The notes below the pieces were generated by a model that saw only the letters and a list, made by a program, of their open reading frames with translations, was not told the origin of the DNA and did no database searches. DNA of 37,600 bases from Candidatus Nomurabacteria bacterium (GTDB lineage Bacteria; Patescibacteriota; WWE3; UBA101185; UBA10185). The stretch covers positions 1 to 37,600 of the forward strand of contig JACKGU010000001.1 of NCBI GenBank assembly GCA_020631855.1, written 5' to 3'. A program made the position numbers and the translations under genes. Numbering within the stretch: the first letter of the stretch is position 1; each line of letters opens with the position of its first letter. Positions 16,395-25,236 of this stretch are shown here, piece after piece.

Positions 16395-17630
16395 TTAAAT
16401 TGTTAACCCCAAAAGAGACTGAATTGCTAGCCTGATTATTACTATAAATCCAAGCAGCGCTATAGTTCCAAGAACAGCAGCTACAAAGCCCTCTCTAGCG
16501 TCTTTTACTTTTGCGGGATCTCCTTGGCTGGTCATGGTTTTATATCCATTTATTAGTATCATCGGCAAGCTGAAAAAACCAAGAGCCGCAGGAATCATAA
16601 GTGACATAAGAGATGTCAGCAAAGTTTCAAAGTTTATCAAAGGCCCTGTGTATTCTCTTCTTGGCGGGGCGGGTATGCAGGTAATGTTCCGAACGCATTG
16701 ACCGCTGGTGTTGCAAGTTTCATTTGCTGCGCAGCCACCATAACCGCATGTATTTATGTACGCTGGGTCATATGTACATTCGCCCGAGGGTAAGATACCT
16801 GTCGGTATCCCGCATATATCAGTAAATCCGTTTCCATCTCCATCGACGTCCAAGACGCATCCAGGTCTAGGAGGAACACCTGTGTACCCGCAGTATTCCC
16901 CAGTAGTGCAGGCAACTTTGACTGGTCCGCACAGGTCACGCCCATTGTGGTTTGCAATGAAAGTTGCGTCGCATGCAGGTGCAGTAGATGCAAGGTAACA
17001 TGTTGTTGGAGCGCTGAAAGGCTGACTAAGGTTTATCGAAAACCTTGCCGCCTCAACAACGTTGCTGTCATTGGAAACCCAATTGTAGTTTCCTGCTACT
17101 TCAACGAGGTTTACTTGAACAATCACTTGGCTAGTGGCGGGGTCAGATATTTCTACTCCTGTACCAAAAAGCCGAGTTGAACTTGATGGCTCACAGCCCG
17201 GGCCAGAAATCGCGCCGTCCTCTTGGCATTGGAATACATAACCTGAACTATCCGCTGGCCATTCAATCTCGTTCGATACCCCTATTCTTACACCGTTCTG
17301 ATCGTACACATGCAAGTTAAAACGTACCGTGTCTACATGGACAAAAGAGTAATAGCCTGATGGGTCTGTAGAAGCAGGTATTTTAGGGTTTATTGTTACC
17401 GTGGCGTTTACTATACTATTCAAAGCCATGCTACCGCAGTTGGCAACTTCAGAGGAGAAAGAATCCATTAAAAATTCGTAGTTCGTTGGTTCATGTGTTC
17501 CTTCTGCATGCGCAGTTTTCACAAATGCTCTCGTTAAAACATCGTTGTCGATAGGGATACCCACTGCAGACACTGCCCAGATTACTCCTGCAACAAAGGT
17601 ATAAAAGAATATTATTTTGATTCTGTTCAT
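16395..17630 (-). CDS. Exported beta-rich plus Cys-rich domain fused to a C-terminal T4SS-pilin module (candidate tip/adhesin pilin)
   Basis: 411 aa. An N-terminal signal/anchor is followed by KTAHAE. About 17 Cys residues occur in aa ~210-320. The C-terminal ~85 aa (SLMIPAALGFFSLPMILINGYKTMTSQGDPAKVKDAREGFVAAVLGTIALLGFIVIIRL) have the same two-helix plus GDPxK loop layout as the pilins at 11.3-12.6 kb. Confidence 0.55.
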   Translation of the reverse strand: MNRIKIIFFYTFVAGVIWAVSAVGIPIDNDVLTRAFVKTAHAEGTHEPTNYEFLMDSFSSEVANCGSMALNSIVNATVTINPKIPASTDPSGYYSFVHVDTVRFNLHVYDQNGVRIGVSNEIEWPADSSGYVFQCQEDGAISGPGCEPSSSTRLFGTGVEISDPATSQVIVQVNLVEVAGNYNWVSNDSNVVEAARFSINLSQPFSAPTTCYLASTAPACDATFIANHNGRDLCGPVKVACTTGEYCGYTGVPPRPGCVLDVDGDGNGFTDICGIPTGILPSGECTYDPAYINTCGYGGCAANETCNTSGQCVRNITCIPAPPRREYTGPLINFETLLTSLMSLMIPAALGFFSLPMILINGYKTMTSQGDPAKVKDAREGFVAAVLGTIALLGFIVIIRLAIQSLLGLTI

Positions 17631-17859
17631 TATTGTTATCTTTATAACTGTGGGTACATTACAAGTGTAACATGGGCAGAAAAGGCTTTCAACTTTTATC
17701 TTCTATGTTAGGCCGAATAGGTTTTACACGCAAACTGATCATAATTACAGAATTGTTTCATCTGTTGCTAAGCCATGCTTGGCACTGTAGGAAATATTTT
17801 TTTCTAAAAATTAACCACCTTTTACATGTATTCTAAATGGAATTCTTTTTACATGATGT

Positions 17860-17865
17860 TACAAT
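17860..17865 (+). promoter_or_regulatory. Extended -10-like TGtTACAAT ending 6 nt upstream of the rnhA ATG
   Basis: The sequence atgTGtTACAATaagcctATG has no SD. Confidence 0.25.
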
Positions 17866-17871
17866 AAGCCT

Positions 17872-18294
17872 ATGCAAGTATTTTTGAATACAGATGGGGG
17901 AGCTAGGGGTAATCCGGGGCATGGGGCCGCAGGAATAGTTATTTTTGAAAACGACGCTGTTAAGCACACAAGAAAAAAATATTTGGGAATTTGCACTAAC
18001 AATGAGGCTGAGTATTTAGCCCTGATTTTAGGTTTGGAAGAGGCTATTAAACATGGGTATAAAAATATTGTCTGCAGATTAGACAGCGAGCTAGTAGTAA
18101 AACAGCTCACAGGAGTTTATAAAGTTAAAACCCCTCACATAAAAATTTTACATGACAAAGCAGCCACTCTAGTAAAGAAGTTTTCTACAGTAATTTTCAC
18201 TCATGTCCCGAGATCTCAAAACAGCGGTGCCGATTCTTTGGTGAACGAGGCGATTGACGAGTATTTGTCGTCAGAAGTTCGGAAAAGTTATTAG
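17872..18294 (+). CDS. rnhA: Ribonuclease HI
   Basis: 140 aa. The D-E-D-D pattern is present: DGGARGNPG, NNEAEYLALILGLEEA, DSELVVKQL, NSGADSLVNEA. Confidence 0.85.
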   Translation: MQVFLNTDGGARGNPGHGAAGIVIFENDAVKHTRKKYLGICTNNEAEYLALILGLEEAIKHGYKNIVCRLDSELVVKQLTGVYKVKTPHIKILHDKAATLVKKFSTVIFTHVPRSQNSGADSLVNEAIDEYLSSEVRKSY

Positions 18295-18303
18295 CTTTTG
18301 CTT

Positions 18304-19194
18304 ATGTCTTACAGACTACCAAGAAACGCAACCGCGCTTGAACAGGCGATCATAAACGAGTTAAAATATAGAGCTGTTTTTAATGCTAGCCTTACATATT
18401 ATCAGCTCTGGAATTCACTATTTTTATTACATCCTATAAATGAGAGCCAGCAGAAAGAATTTACGCTGGAAAACTTTAACAAGGTGTTAAAGAAGTTAAA
18501 ACAGAGCAAGTACATAAATCGCACAACTACGGGAAATTACTATATTCAGACAAAAAAACCATTCAAGTGGGGGCACAGGGCAAACTACGCTCAAGAATAT
18601 TTAAATAGTTTAGGCCCAGTTGTTAAAGTCTTGTCACATATAGGCTGGATCAAGCTGCTCGCCGTTTCTGGATCTGTTGCTGCATACAGTGCCAAAAAAA
18701 ACGATGATGTAGATTTATTTATAGTCACAGAAAAAAAACGCTTGTGGCTCACCCGTTTGTTCGTTGTTTTATTATTAAAGACTCTGCGGTCCTATAGGAC
18801 AGATAAGAATTCCGCAAACAAAATCTGCCCAAACATTTTTTTAGATGAAGGTGCTCTAACTTGGCCCACAGAGAGACAAAATATCTATGTTGGACATGAG
18901 ATTATTTTGTTAAGGCCTTTAATAAATCGCGATAATACGTATTTTAAATTTTTGGATGCAAATTCCTGGATAAAAGGTTTTTTCTGCACTTTTTGTTACG
19001 CCTCGGAAAAGACCTACAAATCCATTTATAAGCCTGGCAGCAAGCTAGTAGATTTACTGGAAGATTTTGTAAAAATGGTCCAGCTTAGGTATATGAAACA
19101 AAAAATAACCTCGGAAATAATACAAGACCGGCTCTTGCATTTTAACAAACACGACCACACCTCAAAAATTATTAATGAATTTGAAAAAAATTAA
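18304..19194 (+). CDS. Predicted nucleotidyltransferase-fold protein (Pol-beta-type G-S...D-x-D motif)
   Basis: The ORF-track start at 18298 is TTG; the first ATG is at 18304. LLAVSGSVAAYSAKKNDDVDLFIVT fits the minimal NTase signature. The rest is unassigned. Confidence 0.4.
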   Translation: MSYRLPRNATALEQAIINELKYRAVFNASLTYYQLWNSLFLLHPINESQQKEFTLENFNKVLKKLKQSKYINRTTTGNYYIQTKKPFKWGHRANYAQEYLNSLGPVVKVLSHIGWIKLLAVSGSVAAYSAKKNDDVDLFIVTEKKRLWLTRLFVVLLLKTLRSYRTDKNSANKICPNIFLDEGALTWPTERQNIYVGHEIILLRPLINRDNTYFKFLDANSWIKGFFCTFCYASEKTYKSIYKPGSKLVDLLEDFVKMVQLRYMKQKITSEIIQDRLLHFNKHDHTSKIINEFEKN

Positions 19195-19201
19195 TTAATT
19201 T

Positions 19202-19318
19202 ATAATTTCGTTACTCAAACCTACCTACGCAAGATAGTAGATGTAGTTTACCCAACATGTTGAGCTCTGCAAGGCAAAGAAATTACAGCAAGCCACCTGC
19301 GTAAGCTGGTGATAGTTG
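19202..19318 (+). repeat. Structured intergenic repeat, copy A1 (full, 117 bp)
   Basis: ATAATTTCGTTACTCAAACCTACCTACGCAAGATAGTAGATGTAGTTTACCCAACATGTTG...AAATTACAGCAAGCCACCTGCGTAAGCTGGTG...TTG. It starts 8 nt after the stop of the upstream + gene. Confidence 0.9.
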
Positions 19319-19350
19319 ATAATTTCGTTACTCAAACCTATTTATGCAAC
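19319..19350 (+). repeat. Structured intergenic repeat, copy A2 (5' fragment, head-to-tail with A1)
   Basis: ATAATTTCGTTACTCAAACCTATTTATGCAAC repeats the first ~32 nt of the unit and then diverges. Confidence 0.8.
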
Positions 19351-19497
19351 AGAACTTCAGTTTTTAACTTACAATCGAACGAGCACGTCTTTATTAGTAA
19401 CGAGAGGCTGTAGATTTAGCTCGCAGCCCTTGATTTTGTTGTAAAACCTTTTTTAGTTGTTTTTTATGCCTTCATTGCTTTTTCTAAAGGTTGTGTA

Positions 19498-19531
19498 TAA
19501 AAAAGAAGCACCTCCTTTTGGAGGTGCTTTT
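19498..19531. terminator. Bidirectional intrinsic terminator candidate
   Basis: The hairpin AGCACCTCC-TTTT-GGAGGTGCT is flanked by an A-run upstream and TTT downstream. This gives UCUUUUUU on the - strand and a weaker UUUG on the + strand. Confidence 0.55.
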
Positions 19532-19624
19532 GGGCCGGTTACGCTACAAACATATTAGCATTTTTTATTTACTGCGATAAGACTTCAATTCTCAGTTCAC
19601 AGATGAAAGCACATGTGTGTGGTA

Positions 19625-19660
19625 TTAAAAAAGATGCTGCGGACATAAGTCCGCAGCATC
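19625..19660 (-). terminator. Rho-independent terminator of groES-groEL
   Basis: The - strand reads GATGCTGCGGAC-TTAT-GTCCGCAGCATC, a perfect 12-bp stem, followed by TTTTTTAA. It lies 55 nt after the groEL stop. Confidence 0.85.
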
Positions 19661-19715
19661 CTCATTTTCCAGCGGTAAGGTCGCTGGCATTGTCCGCGGG
19701 TTAAACGGAAATGAT

Positions 19716-21368
19716 CTACATCATTCCCGGCATTCCACCCATTCCGCCCATTCCACCGGCGCTCGAGTTCTCGTCTTTTTCTTGTGGAGCATCTGTTACT
19801 AAGCACTCAGTAGTTAGAATCATGGTTGCAACAGATACGGCATTTTGAATTGCGCTTCTCGTTACTTTTGCAGGATCCGTTATTCCTTCTTCTATCATAT
19901 CGACGTACTTCATTGTCATTACGTTAAATCCCATGTTTGAATTTTTCTTCTCGGTTGCAAGCCTTTCAATCTCACCTATTATTCGTCCTGCATCAACTCC
20001 TGCGTTTGAAACAATAAGCCTTACCGGTTTTTCAAGAGCGTTATATAAAGTTTTTGCTCCGACTTCCTCATCTTCTTCAAGCTTCATATCTAATAAAGCT
20101 TTTCTAATCTTAAGCAAGGTTACTCCGCCTCCGGGAACAATCCCTTCCTCTATTGCTGCTTTGGTTGCATTTACGGCATCTTCAACGCGTAATTTCTTTT
20201 CTTTAAGTTCGGTTTCTGAAGCCGCGCCAACTTTAATAACAGCCACGCCTCCGGTTAGTTTAGCTAATCTCTCTTGTAGTTTTTCTTTGTCGTAGTCAGA
20301 AGTGGTATTTTTTATTTGGCTTTCTATCTGCTGGACCCTTTCTTTTATAGCTACTTCGTTTCCTGTACCGCCGACTATTGTGGTTTCATCTTTTGTTGCA
20401 AATACTCTTTCTGCTCTTCCCAAATCCTCGACTGTTACTGAATCCAGCTTTCTTCCCATATCTTGGCTAATCATTGTGGCTCCGGTTAAAGCAGCAATAT
20501 CCTCAAGCATTGCTTTTCTTCTGTCACCAAATCCGGGGGCTTTGACAGCAAGTGCGTTAAAGGTGCCTCTAATTTTGTTTACGACTAAAGTTGCTAAAGC
20601 TTCTCCGTCGATATCATCTGCGATTATAACCAGATTTTTCGAAACTTTTACAAAGTTCTCAAGCATTGGTAGCAAGTCTTGCATACTTGAAACTTTTGCA
20701 TCAGTAACAAGAAGATACGCATCGTTTATTTCAGCGGTCATCTTATCTGTATCAGTAACAAAATATGGAGATGCATAGCCTTTATCAAACTGCATTCCTT
20801 CTTTGTGATCTAGCTCCATTTCGAATCCTTTTGATTCTTCAACTGTGATAACACCGTTGTCTCCAACTTTATCCATTGCGTCGGCAATTAAGTTTCCTAT
20901 CTCAGAACTTTGTGCTGAGATTGTTGCAACCTGGGCTTTTTCTTCTTTTGTTGTTATTTTCTTTGCTAAAGAGGCTATTTCTTTAACTACAACATCTGTA
21001 GCCTTTTCAAGGCCTTTTCTCAGAATCATTGGATTTGCGCCTGCAGAAACATTTCTAATACCTTCTTCAACTAAAGCTTGAGCAATTACTGTAGCTGTTG
21101 TAGTGCCATCTCCCGCTATGTCGTTTGTTTTTGAAGAAGCCTCTTTTACTAATTGGGCTCCCATATTTTCAAACTTGTCCTGAAGTTCTATCTCTTTTGC
21201 TACTGTTACTCCATCGTGAACAACCTGAGGGGACCCCCAGCTTTTATCCAACGCTACGTTTCTACCTTTTGGGCCAAGAGTTGTAGCTACAGCTTGCGCC
21301 AAAGCATCTACTCCTGCCTTTAGTTTTGTTCGGGCATCATTCCCGTAAATTATTTGTTTTGCTGACAT
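19716..21368 (-). CDS. groEL: Chaperonin GroEL (Cpn60)
   Basis: 550 aa. [27 protein letters not shown]..., [10 protein letters not shown] and a GGM-repeat C-terminus are present. SD is AGGAGG. Confidence 0.97.
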   Translation of the reverse strand: MSAKQIIYGNDARTKLKAGVDALAQAVATTLGPKGRNVALDKSWGSPQVVHDGVTVAKEIELQDKFENMGAQLVKEASSKTNDIAGDGTTTATVIAQALVEEGIRNVSAGANPMILRKGLEKATDVVVKEIASLAKKITTKEEKAQVATISAQSSEIGNLIADAMDKVGDNGVITVEESKGFEMELDHKEGMQFDKGYASPYFVTDTDKMTAEINDAYLLVTDAKVSSMQDLLPMLENFVKVSKNLVIIADDIDGEALATLVVNKIRGTFNALAVKAPGFGDRRKAMLEDIAALTGATMISQDMGRKLDSVTVEDLGRAERVFATKDETTIVGGTGNEVAIKERVQQIESQIKNTTSDYDKEKLQERLAKLTGGVAVIKVGAASETELKEKKLRVEDAVNATKAAIEEGIVPGGGVTLLKIRKALLDMKLEEDEEVGAKTLYNALEKPVRLIVSNAGVDAGRIIGEIERLATEKKNSNMGFNVMTMKYVDMIEEGITDPAKVTRSAIQNAVSVATMILTTECLVTDAPQEKDENSSAGGMGGMGGMPGMM

Positions 21369-21405
21369 ATTGTCCTCCTAATTTATATACTCTTTTAACT
21401 TTTTA

Positions 21406-21702
21406 TTACTCGACCACGGCGAGAACGTCATCCTGCTTTACTAGGAGATGTTCTTTACCGTTTACTTTTACTTCAGTACCGCCCCATTTCTTGTACATTA
21501 CTATAGCTCCAACTTCGACCTCCATTTTTATTAGATCTCCGTTTTCTCCTCTTTTTCCTGCTCCTGCTGCTATAACTCTGCCTTTTTGTGGCTTTTCTTT
21601 TGCTGTGTCAGGAATAACAATACCTGAGGGAGTTGTAGTCTCTTCCTCTAAGGGTTCAATTAATATATAGTCGAACATTGGCTTTATTTTAGTATCGGCC
21701 AT
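21406..21702 (-). CDS. groES: Co-chaperonin GroES (Cpn10)
   Basis: The start is set at ATG 21700-21702 (MADTKIKPMFDYILIEP...), preceded by AGGAGG. The ORF-track version carries a 25-codon upstream extension. Confidence 0.95.
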   Translation of the reverse strand: MADTKIKPMFDYILIEPLEEETTTPSGIVIPDTAKEKPQKGRVIAAGAGKRGENGDLIKMEVEVGAIVMYKKWGGTEVKVNGKEHLLVKQDDVLAVVE

Positions 21703-21872
21703 TCTAACCTCCTGTTTTATCGTGGCTTTATTTTTTAATTTTATAAAGCTTTGATATAAGAGATTTTGCAATGTCATTGCAAAATCTCGCTTGTGAAATT
21801 TAATACTCCTCGCGTATAGCAGAAAATTTATAGCACTCTATGCTTGTGAGTGTCAAGTTTTAGAATGCTTTT

Positions 21873-23696
21873 TTATTTAGCGTAAATTCTTATTTTATCT
21901 CCGCCAATCTTTTCTTGTTTGTATATTTCTATTCGACCGATTTCTTTTGTGTTTTGTACATGCGGGCCGCCGCAAAACTCTCTACTAAAAGCACTTTCAA
22001 GCGAATCCCCTATAAAGTAAACTTTTACCATGTCTCCGTATTTTTCTCCAAAAAAATGCAGTGCTCCGGTTTTTTGTGCAGTTTCCTTGGGCATAATCTC
22101 ATACTGAACCTTTATAGCCTCTTCTATCTTTTTATTCACTAGCTCTTCAACAGCCTTAAGTTCTTTTTCAGATAACTTCTGGTTGTGCGAGAAATCAAAT
22201 CTTAAACGCTCGTTTGTTATATTACTGCCCTGTTGGGTAATCTGTGGCCCAAGAGTTTGTCTCAGCGCCCAGTGCAGTAGGTGAGTGGCAGTGTGGTATT
22301 TAGTAATTTGTTCAGTGTGTTCTGCTAAGCCCCCTTTAAATTTCTTCTCTGCGCCGACTCTCGACAAAGCTTGGTGTTCTTGCTGAATTCGTTTGAACTC
22401 TTCTTCAAAGTCCTTTTGATCCAGATTCACGCCTTTTTCTTTGGCATCTTCAATAAAGATTTCTTGCGGATAGCCCACTGACTGATATAGGGCAAAACTA
22501 ATTTCTGCCAAATGTTGTGTTGTGGTTGTGCCCCCTATGCCTGAAAGTTCTTTTTCGGCTTCTTTCGATCCTTTATGCAGGGTTTTTCTAAATTTTGTTT
22601 CTTCGTCACGCAGAATTTTTAATGCCTCCCCCTCTATTTTTGGAAGTTCCGGGTATATCCAACTAAGCATGTTGATAGTTGGGGAAAGAAGTTTGGATGA
22701 GATATCTTGGTCAATATCTAAGAATCTTCCGGCGCGAACCATTAGTCTTATTAGTCTTCTTAGTATATACCCTTGATCTTTATTAGATGGCAGAACTCCG
22801 TCCATCATTAGTATGGTGGCTGCTCTCATGTGATCGGCAATTTTCCTCATGGCGATAGTAGTATTGTTGTCCAGCTTGTATGGTTTTCCGGTTATTCTCT
22901 CAAGCTCACTAATTATTGGCCAAAAATTATCGGTTTCAAAAATATCGTTTTTTTCTTGAGCTACAAGGGCCAGTCTTTCAAGGCCGCCGCCAAAATCAAC
23001 ATTTTTTTGCGGTAATTCGACCCAACTATCTTCGGCTTTTTTATATTGCATAAAAACACTATTGCCGATTTCCAAGAACTCATCTTCGTTTTCATGCGGG
23101 CTCAATCCAAATCCCGTACCCTCCCGTCCTATGTAGTAAAAAATTTCGCTGTCCGGACCTCCAAGTTCGCCTACTGCTTCTCCTCTTTGCCACCAATTGT
23201 CTTTTTTACCATACGCAAAAATTCTCTCATCCTCTTTTGCTTCAATGCCGTATTTTTCAAATATTCTTTTAAGTATTTCAACCGCCTCAGTGTCCTTTGG
23301 AGCGTCTTCGTCGCCCTTAAAAACTGTGGCGTATATTTTATTTGGATCCAGGCCTAAAACCTCAATTAAAAACTCGTACGCCCACGGTAATTGCTCTTGT
23401 TTAAAATAATCCCCTAAACTCCAGTTACCTACCATATGAAATAGAGTTGTATGTCTATTTGTGTGCCCAATATTCTCAATATCTTCAAAGAACCTTAAAC
23501 ACCTTTGAACATTTGTAAGTCTTTTTCCCATGGGGTGGCTCTGCCCCGATAAGTAGGGAACAAGCGGAAACATTCCCGAGTTCACATACAGGAGTGTAGG
23601 GTCATTTTCCGGCACAATAGAAACGTTTGGGATTAGCTCGTGCCCGCGGTCTTTATAAAATTGTATATACTTTTCCAGTATTTCTTTTGAAGTCAT
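21873..23696 (-). CDS. alaS: Alanine--tRNA ligase, short form (catalytic, tRNA-recognition and editing domains; no C-Ala domain)
   Basis: 607 aa. DPTLLYVNSGMFPLVPY, QRCLRF and FHMVGNWSLGDYFK are present. The editing Zn motifs are HTATHLLH (HxxxH) and CGGPH (CxxxH). The ORF ends ~30 aa after the latter. Confidence 0.9.
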   Translation of the reverse strand: MTSKEILEKYIQFYKDRGHELIPNVSIVPENDPTLLYVNSGMFPLVPYLSGQSHPMGKRLTNVQRCLRFFEDIENIGHTNRHTTLFHMVGNWSLGDYFKQEQLPWAYEFLIEVLGLDPNKIYATVFKGDEDAPKDTEAVEILKRIFEKYGIEAKEDERIFAYGKKDNWWQRGEAVGELGGPDSEIFYYIGREGTGFGLSPHENEDEFLEIGNSVFMQYKKAEDSWVELPQKNVDFGGGLERLALVAQEKNDIFETDNFWPIISELERITGKPYKLDNNTTIAMRKIADHMRAATILMMDGVLPSNKDQGYILRRLIRLMVRAGRFLDIDQDISSKLLSPTINMLSWIYPELPKIEGEALKILRDEETKFRKTLHKGSKEAEKELSGIGGTTTTQHLAEISFALYQSVGYPQEIFIEDAKEKGVNLDQKDFEEEFKRIQQEHQALSRVGAEKKFKGGLAEHTEQITKYHTATHLLHWALRQTLGPQITQQGSNITNERLRFDFSHNQKLSEKELKAVEELVNKKIEEAIKVQYEIMPKETAQKTGALHFFGEKYGDMVKVYFIGDSLESAFSREFCGGPHVQNTKEIGRIEIYKQEKIGGDKIRIYAK

Positions 23697-23703
23697 GTTT
23701 CTT

Positions 23704-23777
23704 TGGAGGCCTGGGCGGGAATCGAACCCGCGATGAGGGTTTTGCAGACCCTTGCCTTACCACTTGGCTACCAGGCC
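23704..23777 (-). tRNA. tRNA-Cys (anticodon GCA), CCA encoded
   Basis: The reverse complement reads GGCCUGG UA GCC AAGUGGUAA GGC A AGGGU CUGCAAA ACCCU CAUC GCGGG UUCGAUU CCCGC CCAGGCC U CCA. It forms a cloverleaf with a U73 discriminator, the Cys identity element. Confidence 0.9.
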
Positions 23778-23810
23778 ACGAATTTTTGTGTCAATGCTAG
23801 TTGCTATTTT

Positions 23811-23824
23811 AGCACGTGCGTGCT
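23811..23824. promoter_or_regulatory. GC-rich palindrome AGCACG-TG-CGTGCT in a 67-bp divergent intergenic region (operator candidate)
   Basis: A perfect 6+6 inverted repeat lies between the tRNA-Cys 5' end (23777) and the ATG of the PEGA gene (23845). Confidence 0.3.
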
Positions 23825-23844
23825 ATCTTTCCTATGTATATATT

Positions 23845-25104
23845 ATGTCAATTTCAACTTTAGTACCAACAAAAGAGAGAAAAACATCAAAGCCATTCTA
23901 CACTATTATCCTGTACATTTTAATTTCTTTTGGTTTTGTTGCTTTGGCATATTTTGGGCTTGTTTTTGTTAAAAATATTTCTAAATCTAAGATACCTGCA
24001 GCCCTTGAATTGAAAGTAGAAAACGGCGAGGCAGAGGTTTTTCTGGACGGAGTATCTATTGGAAAATCTCCTATTGAGAATTATCAGCTTGAAGCCGGCA
24101 GTCACGAAGTAATGCTGCAGTCGGGCGATGGCATGTCGTATAAAACAAACATCGATTTTGTTCCGGGGGCGGCCGCTGTAGTCATCAAAGAGCTAGGTTC
24201 TTCCAGTCTGTTTTCCTCAGGCGCCAGTGTCTGGTTTGCTAAAAAGTCTGCAGACAGTTCTTTGAGTGTGATATCTGAGCCCTCGGGGGCAGATGTTTAT
24301 ATAGACGGCACTCTGGTGGGAAGCACGCCTTACAATTCGGCTAAGTTAAGTGCCGGAGGCTACGAGATTAAGGTTGCAATGGCTGGATACGAGGACCGTG
24401 TTCTTCGAGCTGAGGTTCTTGAAACTCACACGACTAACTTTAACGTTATTTTATTCCCAAATGCCGTACCTTCTGAAGTAGGCACTATAGAAGGTTACGA
24501 CAATATTTACGATGTAACCTCAAATGACCCCAGAGTTTTATCTGATATCTCAAGCTGGATAAAAGCCATTAATTACTGGACAACTACTAGAGGGGTTAAT
24601 ATTAAAGACTTAGGGCTGACAAAAGAGCCGTTGTTCACTTATTTTATTGACGCTGAGGGGATAGTATACGGCACTGATGGCACGACTCTTTCGGCCGATC
24701 AAGTGGCCGGATTGTCCTCGGATCAAAAGGGTGCGTATCTCCACAGTAAAAATGTTTCTGAAACTGAAGCATCCCAGCTCACAGAGAAAGCAAAATCATC
24801 AGTTGAAAAATTAGGCACAGGCCCGGTTCTTACTGAAGCTGAAAATAAAGAAATCCCTGGAACTGAAAATGCTGGAACGGTCGGGACGCCCCAAACAGGC
24901 ATAGGGGGACAGGCGACAATCCTTGATACTGGCTTGGGCTGGCTTAGGGTTAGAAATGCTCCGGGTTTGTCTGGTGAAGAGATAGCTAAGGTAAATGTCG
25001 GAGAAGCGTTTGAGGTTCTTGATATTCAGGGAGATTGGGTAAAAATTAGAGTTGATGCAAATGTTGCGGGATGGGTTTCTGCAACCTATGTTTCTATAGA
25101 TTAA
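23845..25104 (+). CDS. Membrane-anchored PEGA-domain / SH3b-domain envelope protein
   Basis: The start is set at ATG 23845 because the longer ORF overlaps tRNA-Cys. The TM is FYTIILYILISFGFVALAYFGLVFV. Two PEGA repeats are present (GEAEVFLDGVSIGKSP...GSHEV; SGADVYIDGTLVGSTPY...GGYEIKV). The C-terminal SH3b pattern is GWLRVRNAPGLSGEEI...GDWVKIRV..GWVSATYV. Confidence 0.7.
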   Translation: MSISTLVPTKERKTSKPFYTIILYILISFGFVALAYFGLVFVKNISKSKIPAALELKVENGEAEVFLDGVSIGKSPIENYQLEAGSHEVMLQSGDGMSYKTNIDFVPGAAAVVIKELGSSSLFSSGASVWFAKKSADSSLSVISEPSGADVYIDGTLVGSTPYNSAKLSAGGYEIKVAMAGYEDRVLRAEVLETHTTNFNVILFPNAVPSEVGTIEGYDNIYDVTSNDPRVLSDISSWIKAINYWTTTRGVNIKDLGLTKEPLFTYFIDAEGIVYGTDGTTLSADQVAGLSSDQKGAYLHSKNVSETEASQLTEKAKSSVEKLGTGPVLTEAENKEIPGTENAGTVGTPQTGIGGQATILDTGLGWLRVRNAPGLSGEEIAKVNVGEAFEVLDIQGDWVKIRVDANVAGWVSATYVSID

Positions 25105-25110
25105 ACCCTT

Positions 25111-25228
25111 ATAATTTTTTTACTAAACTACCTTGCATAAGCCAGTAGATGTGGTTTACTCAACATGTTGGGCTTCGCGGCGCAAATAAATTACAGCAAA
25201 CCATTTGCGTAAGCTGGCGGCGGCTGAT
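25111..25228 (+). repeat. Structured intergenic repeat, copy B (full, most diverged)
   Basis: ATAATTTTTTTACTAAACTACCTTGCATAAGCCAGTAGATGTGGTTTACTCAACATGTTGGGC...AAATTACAGCAAACCATTTGCGTAAGCTGGCGGCGGCTGAT. It fills nearly the whole 132-bp convergent spacer. Confidence 0.85.
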
Positions 25229-25236
25229 ATAAGCTT

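Noticed and set aside
17872-18294. Whether the RNase H-like gene is part of a retroelement or DGR.
   Set aside because: There is no reverse transcriptase ORF and no template/variable repeat pair with adenine-specific mismatches. The protein is a complete stand-alone RNase HI.
19933-21081. Several 78-158-aa ORFs lie on the + strand inside groEL. A similar one (21326-21670) lies over the groEL 5' end, the groEL-groES spacer and groES.
   Set aside because: They are antisense shadows of a highly conserved gene. Their translations are low-complexity (S/A/I/F-rich) and they have no start context.
21703-21777. A 25-codon N-terminal extension of GroES in the ORF track.
   Set aside because: The internal ATG at 21702 has AGGAGG at correct spacing and gives the canonical ~98-aa GroES.
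23703-23844. ORF 23703..23972 (+) and the first 31 codons of ORF 23752..25104.
   Set aside because: They run across tRNA-Cys on the opposite strand. The ATG at 23845 gives a sensible N-terminal membrane anchor.
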